Source: a virus. From it: DNA of 64,000 nt. The position numbers were made by a program, and so were the translations under genes. A model generated the notes under the pieces. The model saw only the letters and a program-made list of their open reading frames with translations. It did not search any database and had not been told where the DNA came from. The stretch is taken from positions 32,519 to 96,518 of IMG/VR virus record IMGVR_UViG_3300042511_000631; one strand, 5' to 3'. Below are positions 31,041-41,528 of the stretch, one piece after another; position 1 is the first letter of the stretch, and the number at the start of each line of letters is the position of its first letter.

Positions 31041-32227
31041 AGATATTGGGAAAAACCCTTATTAACGCTGATTTAAACGGCGTTGAGTCTGATTTAAAAA
31101 AAGCTAATACTCCGCCTGAATACAGAGCTCGCTTAGATGTTGGGCCAGAGGGCGGATATTTTGTTTCAACACCCCGCACCGCCGGTGACCTTCCAGATGC
31201 GGTAGAGATGTTTAAAGATTTTGATTTAGATCCAAATGTGTGGGAAGTTATTAGTGTTCGTAAAAGCCGTTGGCAACGTTATGACGGTGAATGGTTAGAA
31301 GCAGCTCGCGTAAGTATTAAGCCAACCGGACAAATATCAGGCAATGATCTTGACTACGATTTGTTAATTGATGAGGTAAAAAAATGGAAGCCAAGCAAGA
31401 AGGAACCGCACAGTGGAGCACTGTTCGCTATCTACGCGATAGGCGATACACAGTATGGCAAGGACGCGGGCGGTGGAACGGAAGCTACAATTCAGAGAGT
31501 GTTGCTAGCGATCGACGAAGCAGTGAACCGTCACAAGGAACTGTTGAAATTAGGTCGGAACATAGGGACAGTAGTCCTACCGCAGCTGGGTGACTGTATT
31601 GAAGGCAGCACCTCACAAAAGGGAATGGTGCTTGGCCGCAGCGATCTAGGCGTTACCCAACAGGTTCGCGTAGGCCGTCGCGTATTAATGGCGTGGGTAA
31701 AAGCTTTTGCGCCGTTGTGCGAAGAGTTACTTATCCCAGTAGTTCCAGGAAACCATGATGAGCCTCACCGTATTGTTATGACCGACCCTGTTGACTCATG
31801 GCAGATTGAAGTTGTATCTGCCGTTCAGGATGCGTGTGCGGAAAACCCCGCGCTATCACACGTAAAATTTTATTACCCAAAGGCCGACCACGCTACGCTA
31901 GCTTTAGAACTTGGCGGCACTGTAATTGGTTTGGCGCACGGTCATCAAGCTAAAGACATGGGCAAGTGGCTACATGGTCAAGCTACCGGGCGCACACCAG
32001 TTGGTTCGGCAGACATTTTGTTAACTGGTCACTTTCACCATTTCCGCGCTGATCAAATTGGCCCACGTTTATGGATTCAAGTGCCAGCTATGGACGGCGG
32101 AAGCGCATGGTTCCGTGACAAGAGCGGATTAGAATCACCAACAGGTATTGTTTCATTAGTTGTTGGCGAAGGCTATGACCCACGTAGAGATTTAGCAGTT
32201 TTAGCAGGCGAAAACCGCTTACCATAG
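31025..32227 (+). CDS. Calcineurin-like metallophosphoesterase
   Basis: GD.Q.G, LGD, GNHD, HGH, GHFH motifs. Confidence 0.8.
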   Translation: MSEKLKILGKTLINADLNGVESDLKKANTPPEYRARLDVGPEGGYFVSTPRTAGDLPDAVEMFKDFDLDPNVWEVISVRKSRWQRYDGEWLEAARVSIKPTGQISGNDLDYDLLIDEVKKWKPSKKEPHSGALFAIYAIGDTQYGKDAGGGTEATIQRVLLAIDEAVNRHKELLKLGRNIGTVVLPQLGDCIEGSTSQKGMVLGRSDLGVTQQVRVGRRVLMAWVKAFAPLCEELLIPVVPGNHDEPHRIVMTDPVDSWQIEVVSAVQDACAENPALSHVKFYYPKADHATLALELGGTVIGLAHGHQAKDMGKWLHGQATGRTPVGSADILLTGHFHHFRADQIGPRLWIQVPAMDGGSAWFRDKSGLESPTGIVSLVVGEGYDPRRDLAVLAGENRLP

Positions 32228-32231
32228 GAAC

Positions 32232-32771
32232 ATGCCTAATAGCCATCAGAATACCCAAAACCTCGGCGCTGCCGGGATGTACGGTACTAATACCAATTAT
32301 GGTGGTGGCGGTGTACCTGTTGCTCGCTCTGAGCTCGACTTCCTGCGTTTAGGTGTAGGTCGAACACCGCAAGCTGAGTATCCTGATGGCTATTTGGGTA
32401 CGATCCGTTCGCGTAGAGATGACCGCGGTCGTCCATCAAGCGTATCCGATAAAGTATTAGACGGTTTAAAAACCCGTGTAGGTCAACGTTCGTACCAGCG
32501 TGGTGTTCACCGCGGTGAGCGTATTGATCAGTCAGATTATTATTACCCAGAAGGTTTAGAGAATACTCGCGGTATTGCTCGTCAAATGAAAGCTGTAAAA
32601 GACGGAAATGTTTATCGCAGCGCTCGCGATGTCTATGTCGCACAACTAGCACCTGCTCCACACTTACCTAACGACGGTAAAGCTGGCCCACTTGCGCGGA
32701 GTGATTCACCTGTTCAAATTAATCAGGCACGTCAAGATCAAATGGCTCGTATGAAGCCTGCTTGGAGATAA
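32232..32771 (+). CDS. Hypothetical protein
   Basis: ORF in operon. Confidence 0.55.
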   Translation: MPNSHQNTQNLGAAGMYGTNTNYGGGGVPVARSELDFLRLGVGRTPQAEYPDGYLGTIRSRRDDRGRPSSVSDKVLDGLKTRVGQRSYQRGVHRGERIDQSDYYYPEGLENTRGIARQMKAVKDGNVYRSARDVYVAQLAPAPHLPNDGKAGPLARSDSPVQINQARQDQMARMKPAWR

Positions 32772-32772
32772 C

Positions 32773-33081
32773 ATGTCAGCACCAGATAGAGCTAACGATC
32801 CTAAAAGAAAACATACACCACCTAAGTTAGGCGATATGTATACAACCCACAGTACTGGGGTAACCGGAAAGATTGAAGAAATTGTTGAGAATAAAACTGG
32901 AACAAGCAAGCTTAGATTAAAAACTTCTGAGGGTCAAGATCGCTGGACTACATATGTACCTCCTGGTTCGGGCGTTGCCAAAACCCCTAACCCATCCGAT
33001 GTACAAAGTGCTTTGAAAGACGGGCACATTACTAAAGACGAAGCTGCCGGGTTAGATAAGAAAAACTTTGGAGATAAATAA
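32773..33081 (+). CDS. Hypothetical protein with DRAND N-terminal motif
   Basis: MSAPDRANDPKR. Confidence 0.6.
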   Translation: MSAPDRANDPKRKHTPPKLGDMYTTHSTGVTGKIEEIVENKTGTSKLRLKTSEGQDRWTTYVPPGSGVAKTPNPSDVQSALKDGHITKDEAAGLDKKNFGDK

Positions 33082-33446
33082 TGTCAGGTCAACAAGCAGA
33101 TGGCGTATACAACCGCCGCGCATGGTCAGCTCCCACAGCTGATGCTCCACGGCCTCCACAGGAGTACGTCGGCCCATTTCAGAGCAACCAAGAGCGTTTA
33201 CTAAGTCAATCCCTAGCGGCTTGGAATATGAACGGTGCGGATATCCAACAATATGTACGTCCGCCACTACCTCAAATCAAGCTTTTTCCACCGCGGTTCG
33301 GCTATACTGAGGACGAAATCAGCATTGAGGATATAATTGCGCTACCACGTAATATAGCCACCACACAGCGTAACGAGTCCGACTTTAGTCAGACTCCAAA
33401 TAGCACACAGTCTTCAAGTCGAAATACTTTAGGAGGAGCAGTTTAA
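33081..33446 (+). CDS. Hypothetical protein
   Basis: Coupled ORF. Confidence 0.55.
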   Translation: MSGQQADGVYNRRAWSAPTADAPRPPQEYVGPFQSNQERLLSQSLAAWNMNGADIQQYVRPPLPQIKLFPPRFGYTEDEISIEDIIALPRNIATTQRNESDFSQTPNSTQSSSRNTLGGAV

Positions 33447-33598
33447 TGGGACGTAATAACGCAGACTTTAACGAAGAGACTTCAAAGTCATCTTATAAAT
33501 TACCAGGGCACGATGAAACAATGGCTGCTTTTGATGATTTAATGAAAAGCGGTCAGGCTATTATAGATAAAAGAAAGCCTAAGCCTGATGAAGAATGA
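33446..33598 (+). CDS. Small hypothetical protein (50 aa, not in ORF track)
   Basis: AGGAGG RBS; MGRNNADF... Confidence 0.55.
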   Translation: MGRNNADFNEETSKSSYKLPGHDETMAAFDDLMKSGQAIIDKRKPKPDEE

Positions 33599-33821
33599 CC
33601 CCGGTCTATTTACAGATTCTACCGGCGAAGGTATGGCGGGGGCAGAAGACGTCAGTCTAGCTACTCAACAAGAGCTAAAAAAGACCATTTATAATGGGTC
33701 AAAGGCTTGTAATGGGTGCGGAACGCTTATGAATCCCGTACAATCATTACAGAACCAAGACCTTTGTCCGACCTGCAATCGACGCAAGTTGAACAATCTA
33801 GTGAAGGGCAAGATGGCGTAA
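33588..33821 (+). CDS. Small zinc-finger protein
   Basis: CNGC..CPTC. Confidence 0.6.
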   Translation: MKNDPGLFTDSTGEGMAGAEDVSLATQQELKKTIYNGSKACNGCGTLMNPVQSLQNQDLCPTCNRRKLNNLVKGKMA

Positions 33822-34036
33822 TGGCAAAAAACGCACCTAAAGCAAAACGCAAGATCGGTGACTCAAATATTACGGCTAACAACAAAGCTGTAAAATCAAC
33901 CCTTAAAAGTGCTAACGTAAAGTCTGATACATCCGCACATGTTGCAGTAAACAAAAGCGGCGGGTCAAAGCCTTTTTCTAAAAAGACATTTATGCCTCAA
34001 TCCCCATCTGTTCCAGTTAAAGGAAAGAAGAAGTAG
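33821..34036 (+). CDS. Lys-rich small protein
   Basis: MAKNAPKAKRK, start coupled at 33821. Confidence 0.55.
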   Translation: MAKNAPKAKRKIGDSNITANNKAVKSTLKSANVKSDTSAHVAVNKSGGSKPFSKKTFMPQSPSVPVKGKKK

Positions 34037-34038
34037 CC

Positions 34039-34245
34039 ATGACAGTTCGCAAAGCACGTTCAGAGAACGCAGAGCTTCTAGAGGGAGCTACTGACGGTAA
34101 GTATCGCAAGCGTCGTCCAAACACAACTGTAGATCCTGGCATGGGTGATCAAGAAGTGATCAAGAACCGCGCCGGTCTACATCCTTATATGAATTATGGT
34201 TTTATCAATTCCGAAGAGCCAGCTAAAGTAAACCCAGGTAAGTAA
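34039..34245 (+). CDS. Hypothetical protein
   Basis: ORF in operon. Confidence 0.55.
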   Translation: MTVRKARSENAELLEGATDGKYRKRRPNTTVDPGMGDQEVIKNRAGLHPYMNYGFINSEEPAKVNPGK

Positions 34246-34247
34246 AA

Positions 34248-34766
34248 ATGGCTAAACCTAATAACCTAAACGTATCTCCTGGCGGTGGCGGCGGTAGCGG
34301 TGGCGGCGCAAAAGGCGGCGCAAGCAGCTTTGGCGGAAGTCCTCAATTTTCCGAGGGCGTTACAGTTGGACCTAAAGGTTCTTTTGGACCTTATTCACCA
34401 CCAAGACCAGCAGGAAGGCCTAGTAGTTTTGACGCAGAACCTACTTTTGTCAATCGATGGAACCCAGTAACCCAATCCCCAAAGCAAGCTGCTTACGTAA
34501 ATGCAAGACAAGGGCAACCACCCGCACGTGGGGAAGAAGTAACTATTAAAGGTGTAAACGACGGTTTGTTTGGTAAGAAAGTTGTAGCTCGAGGGTTGGA
34601 CAATACTGGAGCATCAGTACGAGTACGTCCAGCAGATTCACCAACGCAGGCCGCTTACAGCAATGCAAGATGGGCCAATGAAACACCCGCACGTAATAAA
34701 TTCCTTCCAGGTATAACGGACGGGTGGGGAACACCAAACGCTTCTGTTCGGGGGTTTGATAAGTAG
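34248..34766 (+). CDS. G/P-rich protein with an internal repeat
   Basis: SP.QAAY.NAR..PAR occurs twice. Confidence 0.55.
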   Translation: MAKPNNLNVSPGGGGGSGGGAKGGASSFGGSPQFSEGVTVGPKGSFGPYSPPRPAGRPSSFDAEPTFVNRWNPVTQSPKQAAYVNARQGQPPARGEEVTIKGVNDGLFGKKVVARGLDNTGASVRVRPADSPTQAAYSNARWANETPARNKFLPGITDGWGTPNASVRGFDK

Positions 34767-34954
34767 TGCCTGAAGACAGAGCTAACGACCCTAACCGTGT
34801 ATTTGACGCTGAAGAGCTAAGAAAACATATGGGTATGCACCATGATGAAGCTACGGTAGAGAAGTTTCAAGGTAAGTATTACCCTGAGATGCAAAAAGCT
34901 CAGGAAGATACTAACGCATATTTGGCAGCTAGAGCAGAACGAGAAAAGGGATAA
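34766..34954 (+). CDS. Hypothetical protein with DRAND motif
   Basis: MPEDRANDPNR. Confidence 0.6.
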   Translation: MPEDRANDPNRVFDAEELRKHMGMHHDEATVEKFQGKYYPEMQKAQEDTNAYLAARAEREKG

Positions 34955-34956
34955 TC

Positions 34957-35373
34957 ATGGCAAGAGACAGAGCTCGCGACACCTCACGGGTGTATCAAAA
35001 CCCCATTAGCCATGTAAATGTGCTGCCTAATGAGCAAGAGGCATCCCCTGATGACGGTACTATGGGCTACGGTAGTTCACTTAATTTTAAGAAAAACCCA
35101 AAAGATAAATCTTTTTCAGACGCTAAGGGAGAGGTTCACTTCAGAACCGCCGCACGTCATGAGTGGCAGGAAGCTAAGGTTCGCTTACGGGGCGCTAAAG
35201 GTTCTTCCGGCGAAGACCACGAAACAGCTAACTCAGCACGCCAAGACGCATACAATGACGCTAGTTCAAAAGCCGTAAATAACCGCAAAGAAATTACTAA
35301 AAAGGGCGCAGAAGAAGTTGAACGCGGAAATAAAGTCCGTGGAAAAGCTCCGGTTGTCAAAGTAAAAAGCTAA
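34957..35373 (+). CDS. Hypothetical protein with DRARD motif
   Basis: MARDRARDTSR. Confidence 0.6.
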   Translation: MARDRARDTSRVYQNPISHVNVLPNEQEASPDDGTMGYGSSLNFKKNPKDKSFSDAKGEVHFRTAARHEWQEAKVRLRGAKGSSGEDHETANSARQDAYNDASSKAVNNRKEITKKGAEEVERGNKVRGKAPVVKVKS

Positions 35374-35392
35374 TTTATGCTAGGATCTGCCC

Positions 35393-35956
35393 ATGGCAAA
35401 TCCAATTGACGACCTAGAGCCCGATCGTATTAACCTGCTTATCTGTAAGCAGTGTAAAGATATTAAAGAAGTCCCTTATTGGAAGGGCGGCAAAGTTGTT
35501 AACGCCTCCGAAGGTAAGTATGACCAAACTGATAACCCTTGGCTAGAGAGCGCTATTGGTAAATGTGGGCCAGACGGACACTACGGCATCCTCACAGATT
35601 GTTTAACTGTTGCGTGGATGGGTAATCCAAAGCTTAAAGAAGAAATCCTAGATCGTATTAAGAAACAAATTCTAGGTGGCGGTTCATCCGGCCTAGATAT
35701 TCTGGGTACAAACTTCTACGCAGTTAAAGACACTTATTCCGCGGATGCTATGTCATGTTGGAAAATTCATAACAGTCCTAAAGGACAATGCCCAGATTAC
35801 AAGAGTGACCGTAAAGAATTAAAACCTGATACAGCTAAAGAGCGTAAAGATATTGGGTTGACTGCAACAAAAACTAAAATTCATTTATGTGATTTCTGCC
35901 CAGTTAAAATGTATAACCAAAAGCGTGCTTATGAGGCCAGAGGTTTGTATAACTAA
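35393..35956 (+). CDS. Cys-rich hypothetical protein
   Basis: CKQC..C..H..C..CDFC; leaderless promoter. Confidence 0.6.
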   Translation: MANPIDDLEPDRINLLICKQCKDIKEVPYWKGGKVVNASEGKYDQTDNPWLESAIGKCGPDGHYGILTDCLTVAWMGNPKLKEEILDRIKKQILGGGSSGLDILGTNFYAVKDTYSADAMSCWKIHNSPKGQCPDYKSDRKELKPDTAKERKDIGLTATKTKIHLCDFCPVKMYNQKRAYEARGLYN

Positions 35957-36219
35957 TGGAAACCACCGCATTCATTGTAGTTTTGCGTCAAGACGGGTCT
36001 TACTACGCCACGGTTGACTTATCCACAGCCATCGAGGTAGAGCGGGATGCCACCCGATCTGAGATAAAACGCGGATGTTCGGACATTTTGGACATTATTA
36101 ACCAATCTGACATGGCAAGAATGGCAGCTGACCTAGTAATACAGGCTATTACACCCCCAGAACCCGAAACTATTTCAGGTTCAATCCGCGAAGCCCTAGA
36201 TGAGCGCGGTATACTGTAA
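35956..36219 (+). CDS. Hypothetical protein
   Basis: Coupled ORF. Confidence 0.55.
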   Translation: METTAFIVVLRQDGSYYATVDLSTAIEVERDATRSEIKRGCSDILDIINQSDMARMAADLVIQAITPPEPETISGSIREALDERGIL

Positions 36220-36233
36220 CTACACAGTGAAGG

Positions 36234-36461
36234 GTGGCCGTTATGGCGTTCATCGAAATGACATGCACTTGCATGGCATCTTTTCAAGCAGAAGTAGAAG
36301 AGAACGAAACGCTAGCCGTGATGTGGGCGCAACAATTTGTTGGTGCGCACCAAGCGTGCGGTTATATGACAAAGATAGTCACTGACGCACCAGAGAAGCA
36401 TCGTAAATTTGAGTTCGAAACTGATGTTATGTACAAAGAACGCAAGGAAAAAGAACTATAA
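36234..36461 (+). CDS. Small Cys/His protein
   Basis: CTC..H..C. Confidence 0.5.
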   Translation: MAVMAFIEMTCTCMASFQAEVEENETLAVMWAQQFVGAHQACGYMTKIVTDAPEKHRKFEFETDVMYKERKEKEL

Positions 36462-36468
36462 TAACTAA

Positions 36469-37398
36469 ATGAACTTCTATGATGCGTTAGTTGCACAAGC
36501 GCAACCAGTGTCATTAGAACCATCGGAAACTTCTTTTTTTAGCCCAACCAGCGCCGGATTAGATCCTAGATTATTTAGGACTGGGTCGCTAATACCAACA
36601 GTTAGAGCTTCTATATTGCGTATTTTATTTGAACATTTAAAGAACCATTATTATAACCCTGAAGCTTACGTTCACGTTTGGCTTGCCGGATCGGGTGTTT
36701 CTTACCAGTGGACAGCTGCCCGCAGCCCAGCAGATTTAGATTGTTTAATTGGTGTTAACTATTTAGCGTTCCGCCAAACAAATCCAGATCAAAAAGGTTT
36801 AAGCGATCAAGAGATTGCTAGTATGTTTAACGAAGACTTTCAAGCGTTAAACAAAGAAACCAGCAGCTTCCTTGACGTGTTTGAGCTAACGTTTTATGTA
36901 AACGTACAATCAGATATTAGAAAGATTAAACCTTACGCAGCCTATTCAGTAACCAACGACGACTGGACAGTTCAGCCGGAGTTGCGGGGGCCGATTATTA
37001 ATAAAATGTGGGATCGCAAAGTATCCTCAGATACGTCATTAGCTACTGAGATCCTTTCCCGCTATTCAAAAGCATTGAGTGATATCCATGCCGCTACTAC
37101 TGATACAGCTCGACGCAACGCGGAAGCTACGTTAAAGTTAGCGGTAGATCAAGCTACAGGTTTATATGAGGATATCCACAGAGGGCGCAAATACGCGTTT
37201 AGTTCTAGCGGTCAAGGCTACTCCGATATCCATAATTATCGTTGGCAATCTGGAAAAGCTGCCGGAACTATCCAAGCACTTCGCAAAGTAAAAGACGTCG
37301 GCGAAGCCGGAAAGAAAAGCTTTGAAACAGCTACTTATGGCATGGAATTGCCTGATGCTGGTACTTTAGTTCGTCGCGCTTTACAAGCTCGCAAGTAA
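36469..37398 (+). CDS. Pol-beta-superfamily nucleotidyltransferase
   Basis: hhGS (WLAGS) followed by DLD motif. Confidence 0.7.
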   Translation: MNFYDALVAQAQPVSLEPSETSFFSPTSAGLDPRLFRTGSLIPTVRASILRILFEHLKNHYYNPEAYVHVWLAGSGVSYQWTAARSPADLDCLIGVNYLAFRQTNPDQKGLSDQEIASMFNEDFQALNKETSSFLDVFELTFYVNVQSDIRKIKPYAAYSVTNDDWTVQPELRGPIINKMWDRKVSSDTSLATEILSRYSKALSDIHAATTDTARRNAEATLKLAVDQATGLYEDIHRGRKYAFSSSGQGYSDIHNYRWQSGKAAGTIQALRKVKDVGEAGKKSFETATYGMELPDAGTLVRRALQARK

Positions 37399-37419
37399 AA
37401 AAAGTGATAGTGTTCCGCC

Positions 37420-37878
37420 ATGGCCGTGTTAATGTTTTTAGATGGTGTAATGCGCAATCAACAAGGTTCGCCAATTCCTAATGGTGTGTTGTTATATCAC
37501 ATCTTAAAAGAAAAAAATAAAATATTATTACTTGTTGAAGACAAAGACAAAGCAGACACGTGGCTGCGCCAACACAAAATAAATAAGCTTGACGATCTAA
37601 TTGATTTTAATATCCCTATGCCAGGTGATGATCCAGAGTTCCGTCAAGTTGAGTACGTGCGCTCGCAAGGCCCAGTTGATTATGTAATTACCTCCGACCC
37701 AGCTTTAATTAAAAAACTGTTAGGGATCGGTGTAACTGTATTAGGGTTTATGAACCCTATTTATATTAGGGAAGAGTTTCGGCCAGATAGCAAAGTCGGT
37801 ATTAAAAAGTGGGCGGATATTGTTGATGAGCTAGCCCGCCAACAAGACGCCTTCCTATCGGATCCCCGCGTAGAGTGA
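37420..37878 (+). CDS. HAD-like protein (degenerate motif I)
   Basis: hhhhLDGV N-terminus; Rossmannoid pattern. Confidence 0.45.
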   Translation: MAVLMFLDGVMRNQQGSPIPNGVLLYHILKEKNKILLLVEDKDKADTWLRQHKINKLDDLIDFNIPMPGDDPEFRQVEYVRSQGPVDYVITSDPALIKKLLGIGVTVLGFMNPIYIREEFRPDSKVGIKKWADIVDELARQQDAFLSDPRVE

Positions 37879-39344
37879 AGATCATTTACCTAGGGGCGGA
37901 AGTCCCAAGTAATCGTGTACTACTAGAATCCACTACAGCTAACCATGTAGGCGTTAGCTTCTGGCGGTTAGTTAAGCGAGGGTTACCAAAGAAGAGTGAC
38001 TACATGCTTGACAACTACTTTGCCAAAGACTGCTATATTTATGTTCACCCCGGCATTCCTAAAAACTTAGTCCTATCGGCCTCCGAGGTTGAAGACTTTG
38101 CGGTTATGTACGAGCACTTTGTAGCTAACAACATTGACCGCCTTACTGTAGTTACCGAGATCAACGGCCCACATATCAATCCCGTATTTGTAGAGTCTCA
38201 GCGCCGTACGGTGTGGCATGAGATCCCGCCAGGCAAGTTTCAACCTGTATGGGGACAGCAAACTGGGCTGCGGGGGTTACAAACCCTTGTGGATAAGTAT
38301 TTAGACGTTGCTATCCCCGGAGATGCTATAGAGTCTGATTCTCAGCTTGCTATGGCTACTAGAGCTCACGCTATCCAGCATGGCACTAGGTTCCACGCCC
38401 TAGGCTGCGCCAAGCCTGACAACCTGCGGCAAGTCAAGGTTGAAACAGCTAGCACCTTGTCATGGATGTCACCTATGCTTCATGGCGAAACTATTATTTG
38501 GGATGGCAGCCGACTGGTACGCTACCCAAAGAAGATGAAAGATCAAGCGCGGTCACGGTACAAGCATGTATATGAAAAAGCCGGACTCGACGCAGATAAG
38601 ATTCTAGAAGATGATGCCCAAGAGGTATGTCGACTAGCAGTATGGTCATATGAACAGCTTGAAGTGAGGATAAATAAGATGATCAATAACCCAGATGACG
38701 AGCTCTTATATGATAATAGCGAGTGGAGTGAAGGGGAGCAAAAGGGGGAAACTACCCCTGCCCATGCTGATAACAGGGGTATCCAGATGCGGAAACTTAT
38801 ACCCCGCGAACCCGAAGAAATGGGCAATTTACCAGTCTTCGGATACGAGGATAAGACCGAGGTTGACAACGATGGAGTCATTAAAGATGTCACCGTTGTT
38901 CACTCCCAAAAGGCTAGTTTACGAGCTTGCGATACCTGCTTTGTAGCTGCTAACTGCCCTGCTTTTAAACCTCAAAGTGTCTGTGCTTTCAAGCTTCCAA
39001 TCGAGGTAAAGACCAAAGATCAGCTCAAGAGTTTGATCAACGCAGTCATTGAAATGCAGGGTCAACGCATTGCTTTTATGCGTTTTGCTGAGGAAATGAA
39101 CGGTGGATACGCAGATCCAAACCTTTCACAAGAGATGGATCGCTTGTTTGAAATGCTAAAAGATACCAAGCAACTAGACGATTCACGTGAGTTTATTCGC
39201 ATGACCGTAGAGCGACAAGGCTCCTCTGGTGTGCTAAGTTCTATCTTCGGGGACAAGGCAAATGTCCTTAAAGAACTTCCCGACGGAGGGCTAAATGAAG
39301 CTCAAACCACCGAGATTATCAGGCAATCTTTAGAGGATAAGTAG
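37875..39344 (+). CDS. Putative TGT-like barrel fused to a Cys-cluster domain
   Basis: FHALG..SW..G pattern; CDTC..C..C. Confidence 0.35.
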   Translation: MKIIYLGAEVPSNRVLLESTTANHVGVSFWRLVKRGLPKKSDYMLDNYFAKDCYIYVHPGIPKNLVLSASEVEDFAVMYEHFVANNIDRLTVVTEINGPHINPVFVESQRRTVWHEIPPGKFQPVWGQQTGLRGLQTLVDKYLDVAIPGDAIESDSQLAMATRAHAIQHGTRFHALGCAKPDNLRQVKVETASTLSWMSPMLHGETIIWDGSRLVRYPKKMKDQARSRYKHVYEKAGLDADKILEDDAQEVCRLAVWSYEQLEVRINKMINNPDDELLYDNSEWSEGEQKGETTPAHADNRGIQMRKLIPREPEEMGNLPVFGYEDKTEVDNDGVIKDVTVVHSQKASLRACDTCFVAANCPAFKPQSVCAFKLPIEVKTKDQLKSLINAVIEMQGQRIAFMRFAEEMNGGYADPNLSQEMDRLFEMLKDTKQLDDSREFIRMTVERQGSSGVLSSIFGDKANVLKELPDGGLNEAQTTEIIRQSLEDK

Positions 39345-39456
39345 TTTCTTCTTATCATATAAGAGAGCACTAGCATGGCACGGAACAGCATAAGGCTCGA
39401 ACTTAGCTGAGTAAGTAGTTAAACTAATAAACCATCCACAAAATAAGGGAGAAGCC

Positions 39457-41481
39457 ATGGCATTATCGTTTCGTTTAGCCGATGAATTTGTTGGCAGTTA
39501 CAAAGAAAAGAAAGTCCCTTGGGGCTATCAAGATGCCGCTGGAAACTCGGTTGGAGAGATTACCTTCCTTCGCACCTACTCCCGTTTGAAGGAAGACGGA
39601 ACTAAAGAAACTTGGGTTGACGTGTGTGAGCGTGTTATCAACGGCATGTACTCAATCCAGAAAGACCACGCTAAAAGCCAGCGTTTACCTTGGAATGACT
39701 CCAAGGCTCAGTCCTCAGCTAAAGAGGCCTTCGACCGCCTGTTTAACTTGAAGTGGACTCCGCCGGGTCGCGGGTTATGGGTTATGGGTACTCCGCTTGT
39801 TAATGAGCAGAAGAACTCAGCTGCCCTACAGAACTGTTCATTTGTGTCAACTGACGCCATGACCAAGCTCAACCCAGCCAAGCCATTTGCTTTCTTAATG
39901 GAAGCGTCTATGCTAGGGGTGGGCGTCGGGTTTGACGACAAGGGCGCGGACAAAGACTTCATGATCTATGAGCCTAAGCTGCCGCCGGTCACTATTGTTA
40001 TTCCAGATACCCGCGAAGGCTGGGTAGAATCTGTATCAACACTGATCAATTCGTATCTAAAGCCAGAACAGCCAGTCTATGAGTTTGACTACTCAGAGAT
40101 TCGGCCAGCTGGCGCACTTATTAAAACTTTCGGCGGTACTGCTGCCGGACATGAACCATTGGAGAAACTACATGAGTACATTCGAGGAATCTTTGCTGGA
40201 CGAGCTGGTGAAAAGCTTATTCGGAGGGATATTGCAGACATTGGAAACCTTATTGGGGTCTGTGTCGTTAGTGGAAACGTACGTCGCTCAGCAGAACTGC
40301 TAATGGGGCGTCTGGATGACCCAGACTTCCTAAATCTAAAGAACGCTGCGGTATATCCAGAGCGTAACTCCTACGACCCAAAGAATCCGGGTTGGGCATG
40401 GATGAGTAATAACAGCGTTGAAGTTTGTGTAGGAGATGATATGACTCATATCGTTGACAGCATAGCTTTGAACGGTGAGCCCGGTGTAATTTGGATGGAC
40501 GTGACTCGCAAGTATGGTCGCCTCATTGATCCACCTAACAATAAAGACTGGCGAGCTGCCGGTTACAACCCATGCGCGGAACAATCCCTTGAAAGCTTTG
40601 AGTGTTGTACTTTGGTAGAAACTTATCTCAATCGCCATGAAAACTTAGAAGACTTTAAGCGCACTCTCAAGTTTGCTTATCTCTACGCAAAGACTGTAAC
40701 TCTTCTCCCAACTCACTGGGAAGAAACTAACGCAATCATGCAGCGCAATCGTCGTATCGGAACTTCTATGTCCGGTATTGCTAACTTTGCTGATCGCGTA
40801 GGACTACCAACTCTTCGTGAGTGGATGAACGCGGGTTATGAAAAGATCCAAGCTTACGATAAGTCATACTCAGAGTGGCTAGGTATTCGTGAATCAATTA
40901 AGACTACAACTGTAAAGCCTTCCGGCACTGTGTCTATCCTTGCCGGTGAATCTCCTGGTGTTCATTGGACTCCAGGTGGAGAATACTTCATGCGAGCTAT
41001 TCGTTTTGCTAATGAAGATCCTATGCTTCCATTGTTTAAAGCTTCGGGTTATGTTGTTGAGCCGGCCAGTGAATCTCCTGACACTACAAGCGTGGTGTTC
41101 TTCCCAATTAGATCTCTTGCTCTCCGTTCAGAGAAAGACGTATCTATCTGGGAGAAAGCTGACTTAGCAGCTCTAGCTCAGCACTATTGGTCTGACAACT
41201 CTGTATCTGTAACCGTATCATTCGACGCGGAAAAGGAAAAGGAAACTGTAGGCCGTGTACTACATATGGTAGACGGAAAGCTAAAGACAATCTCTTTCCT
41301 ACCTATGGGCAATCATGTCTATCCTCAAATGCCATACACGCAAACAACTAAAGAAATCTACGATGAATACGCTATGACTCTCTTGCCTATTGACTTTACC
41401 GACGTGTACGCCGGTATGGCAGCTGACGCAATTGGTGAAAAGTATTGTTCAACTGACTTCTGTGAAGTACCTAAGCCATAA
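39457..41481 (+). CDS. nrdJ: Class II (adenosylcobalamin-dependent) ribonucleotide reductase
   Basis: RTYSR, PPGRGLW, NC, GEPG, NPCAEQ.L, TVKPSGT. Confidence 0.92.
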   Translation: MALSFRLADEFVGSYKEKKVPWGYQDAAGNSVGEITFLRTYSRLKEDGTKETWVDVCERVINGMYSIQKDHAKSQRLPWNDSKAQSSAKEAFDRLFNLKWTPPGRGLWVMGTPLVNEQKNSAALQNCSFVSTDAMTKLNPAKPFAFLMEASMLGVGVGFDDKGADKDFMIYEPKLPPVTIVIPDTREGWVESVSTLINSYLKPEQPVYEFDYSEIRPAGALIKTFGGTAAGHEPLEKLHEYIRGIFAGRAGEKLIRRDIADIGNLIGVCVVSGNVRRSAELLMGRLDDPDFLNLKNAAVYPERNSYDPKNPGWAWMSNNSVEVCVGDDMTHIVDSIALNGEPGVIWMDVTRKYGRLIDPPNNKDWRAAGYNPCAEQSLESFECCTLVETYLNRHENLEDFKRTLKFAYLYAKTVTLLPTHWEETNAIMQRNRRIGTSMSGIANFADRVGLPTLREWMNAGYEKIQAYDKSYSEWLGIRESIKTTTVKPSGTVSILAGESPGVHWTPGGEYFMRAIRFANEDPMLPLFKASGYVVEPASESPDTTSVVFFPIRSLALRSEKDVSIWEKADLAALAQHYWSDNSVSVTVSFDAEKEKETVGRVLHMVDGKLKTISFLPMGNHVYPQMPYTQTTKEIYDEYAMTLLPIDFTDVYAGMAADAIGEKYCSTDFCEVPKP

Positions 41482-41492
41482 AAGTAAAAGCG

Positions 41493-41527
41493 AAAAGCCC
41501 CCGGTATGAACTTCCGGGGGCTTTTCT
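41493..41527. terminator. Bidirectional terminator at a convergent junction
   Basis: AAAAGCCCCCGG..CCGGGGGCTTTT. Confidence 0.85.
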
Positions 41528-41528
41528 A

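Noticed and set aside
39393-39420. Fifth pseudoknot copy upstream of nrdJ (TTAG-CTGAGTAA-GTAG-TTAAACT)
   Set aside because: Loop and linker match, but P1 is imperfect and the P2 partner is missing; at best a decayed copy
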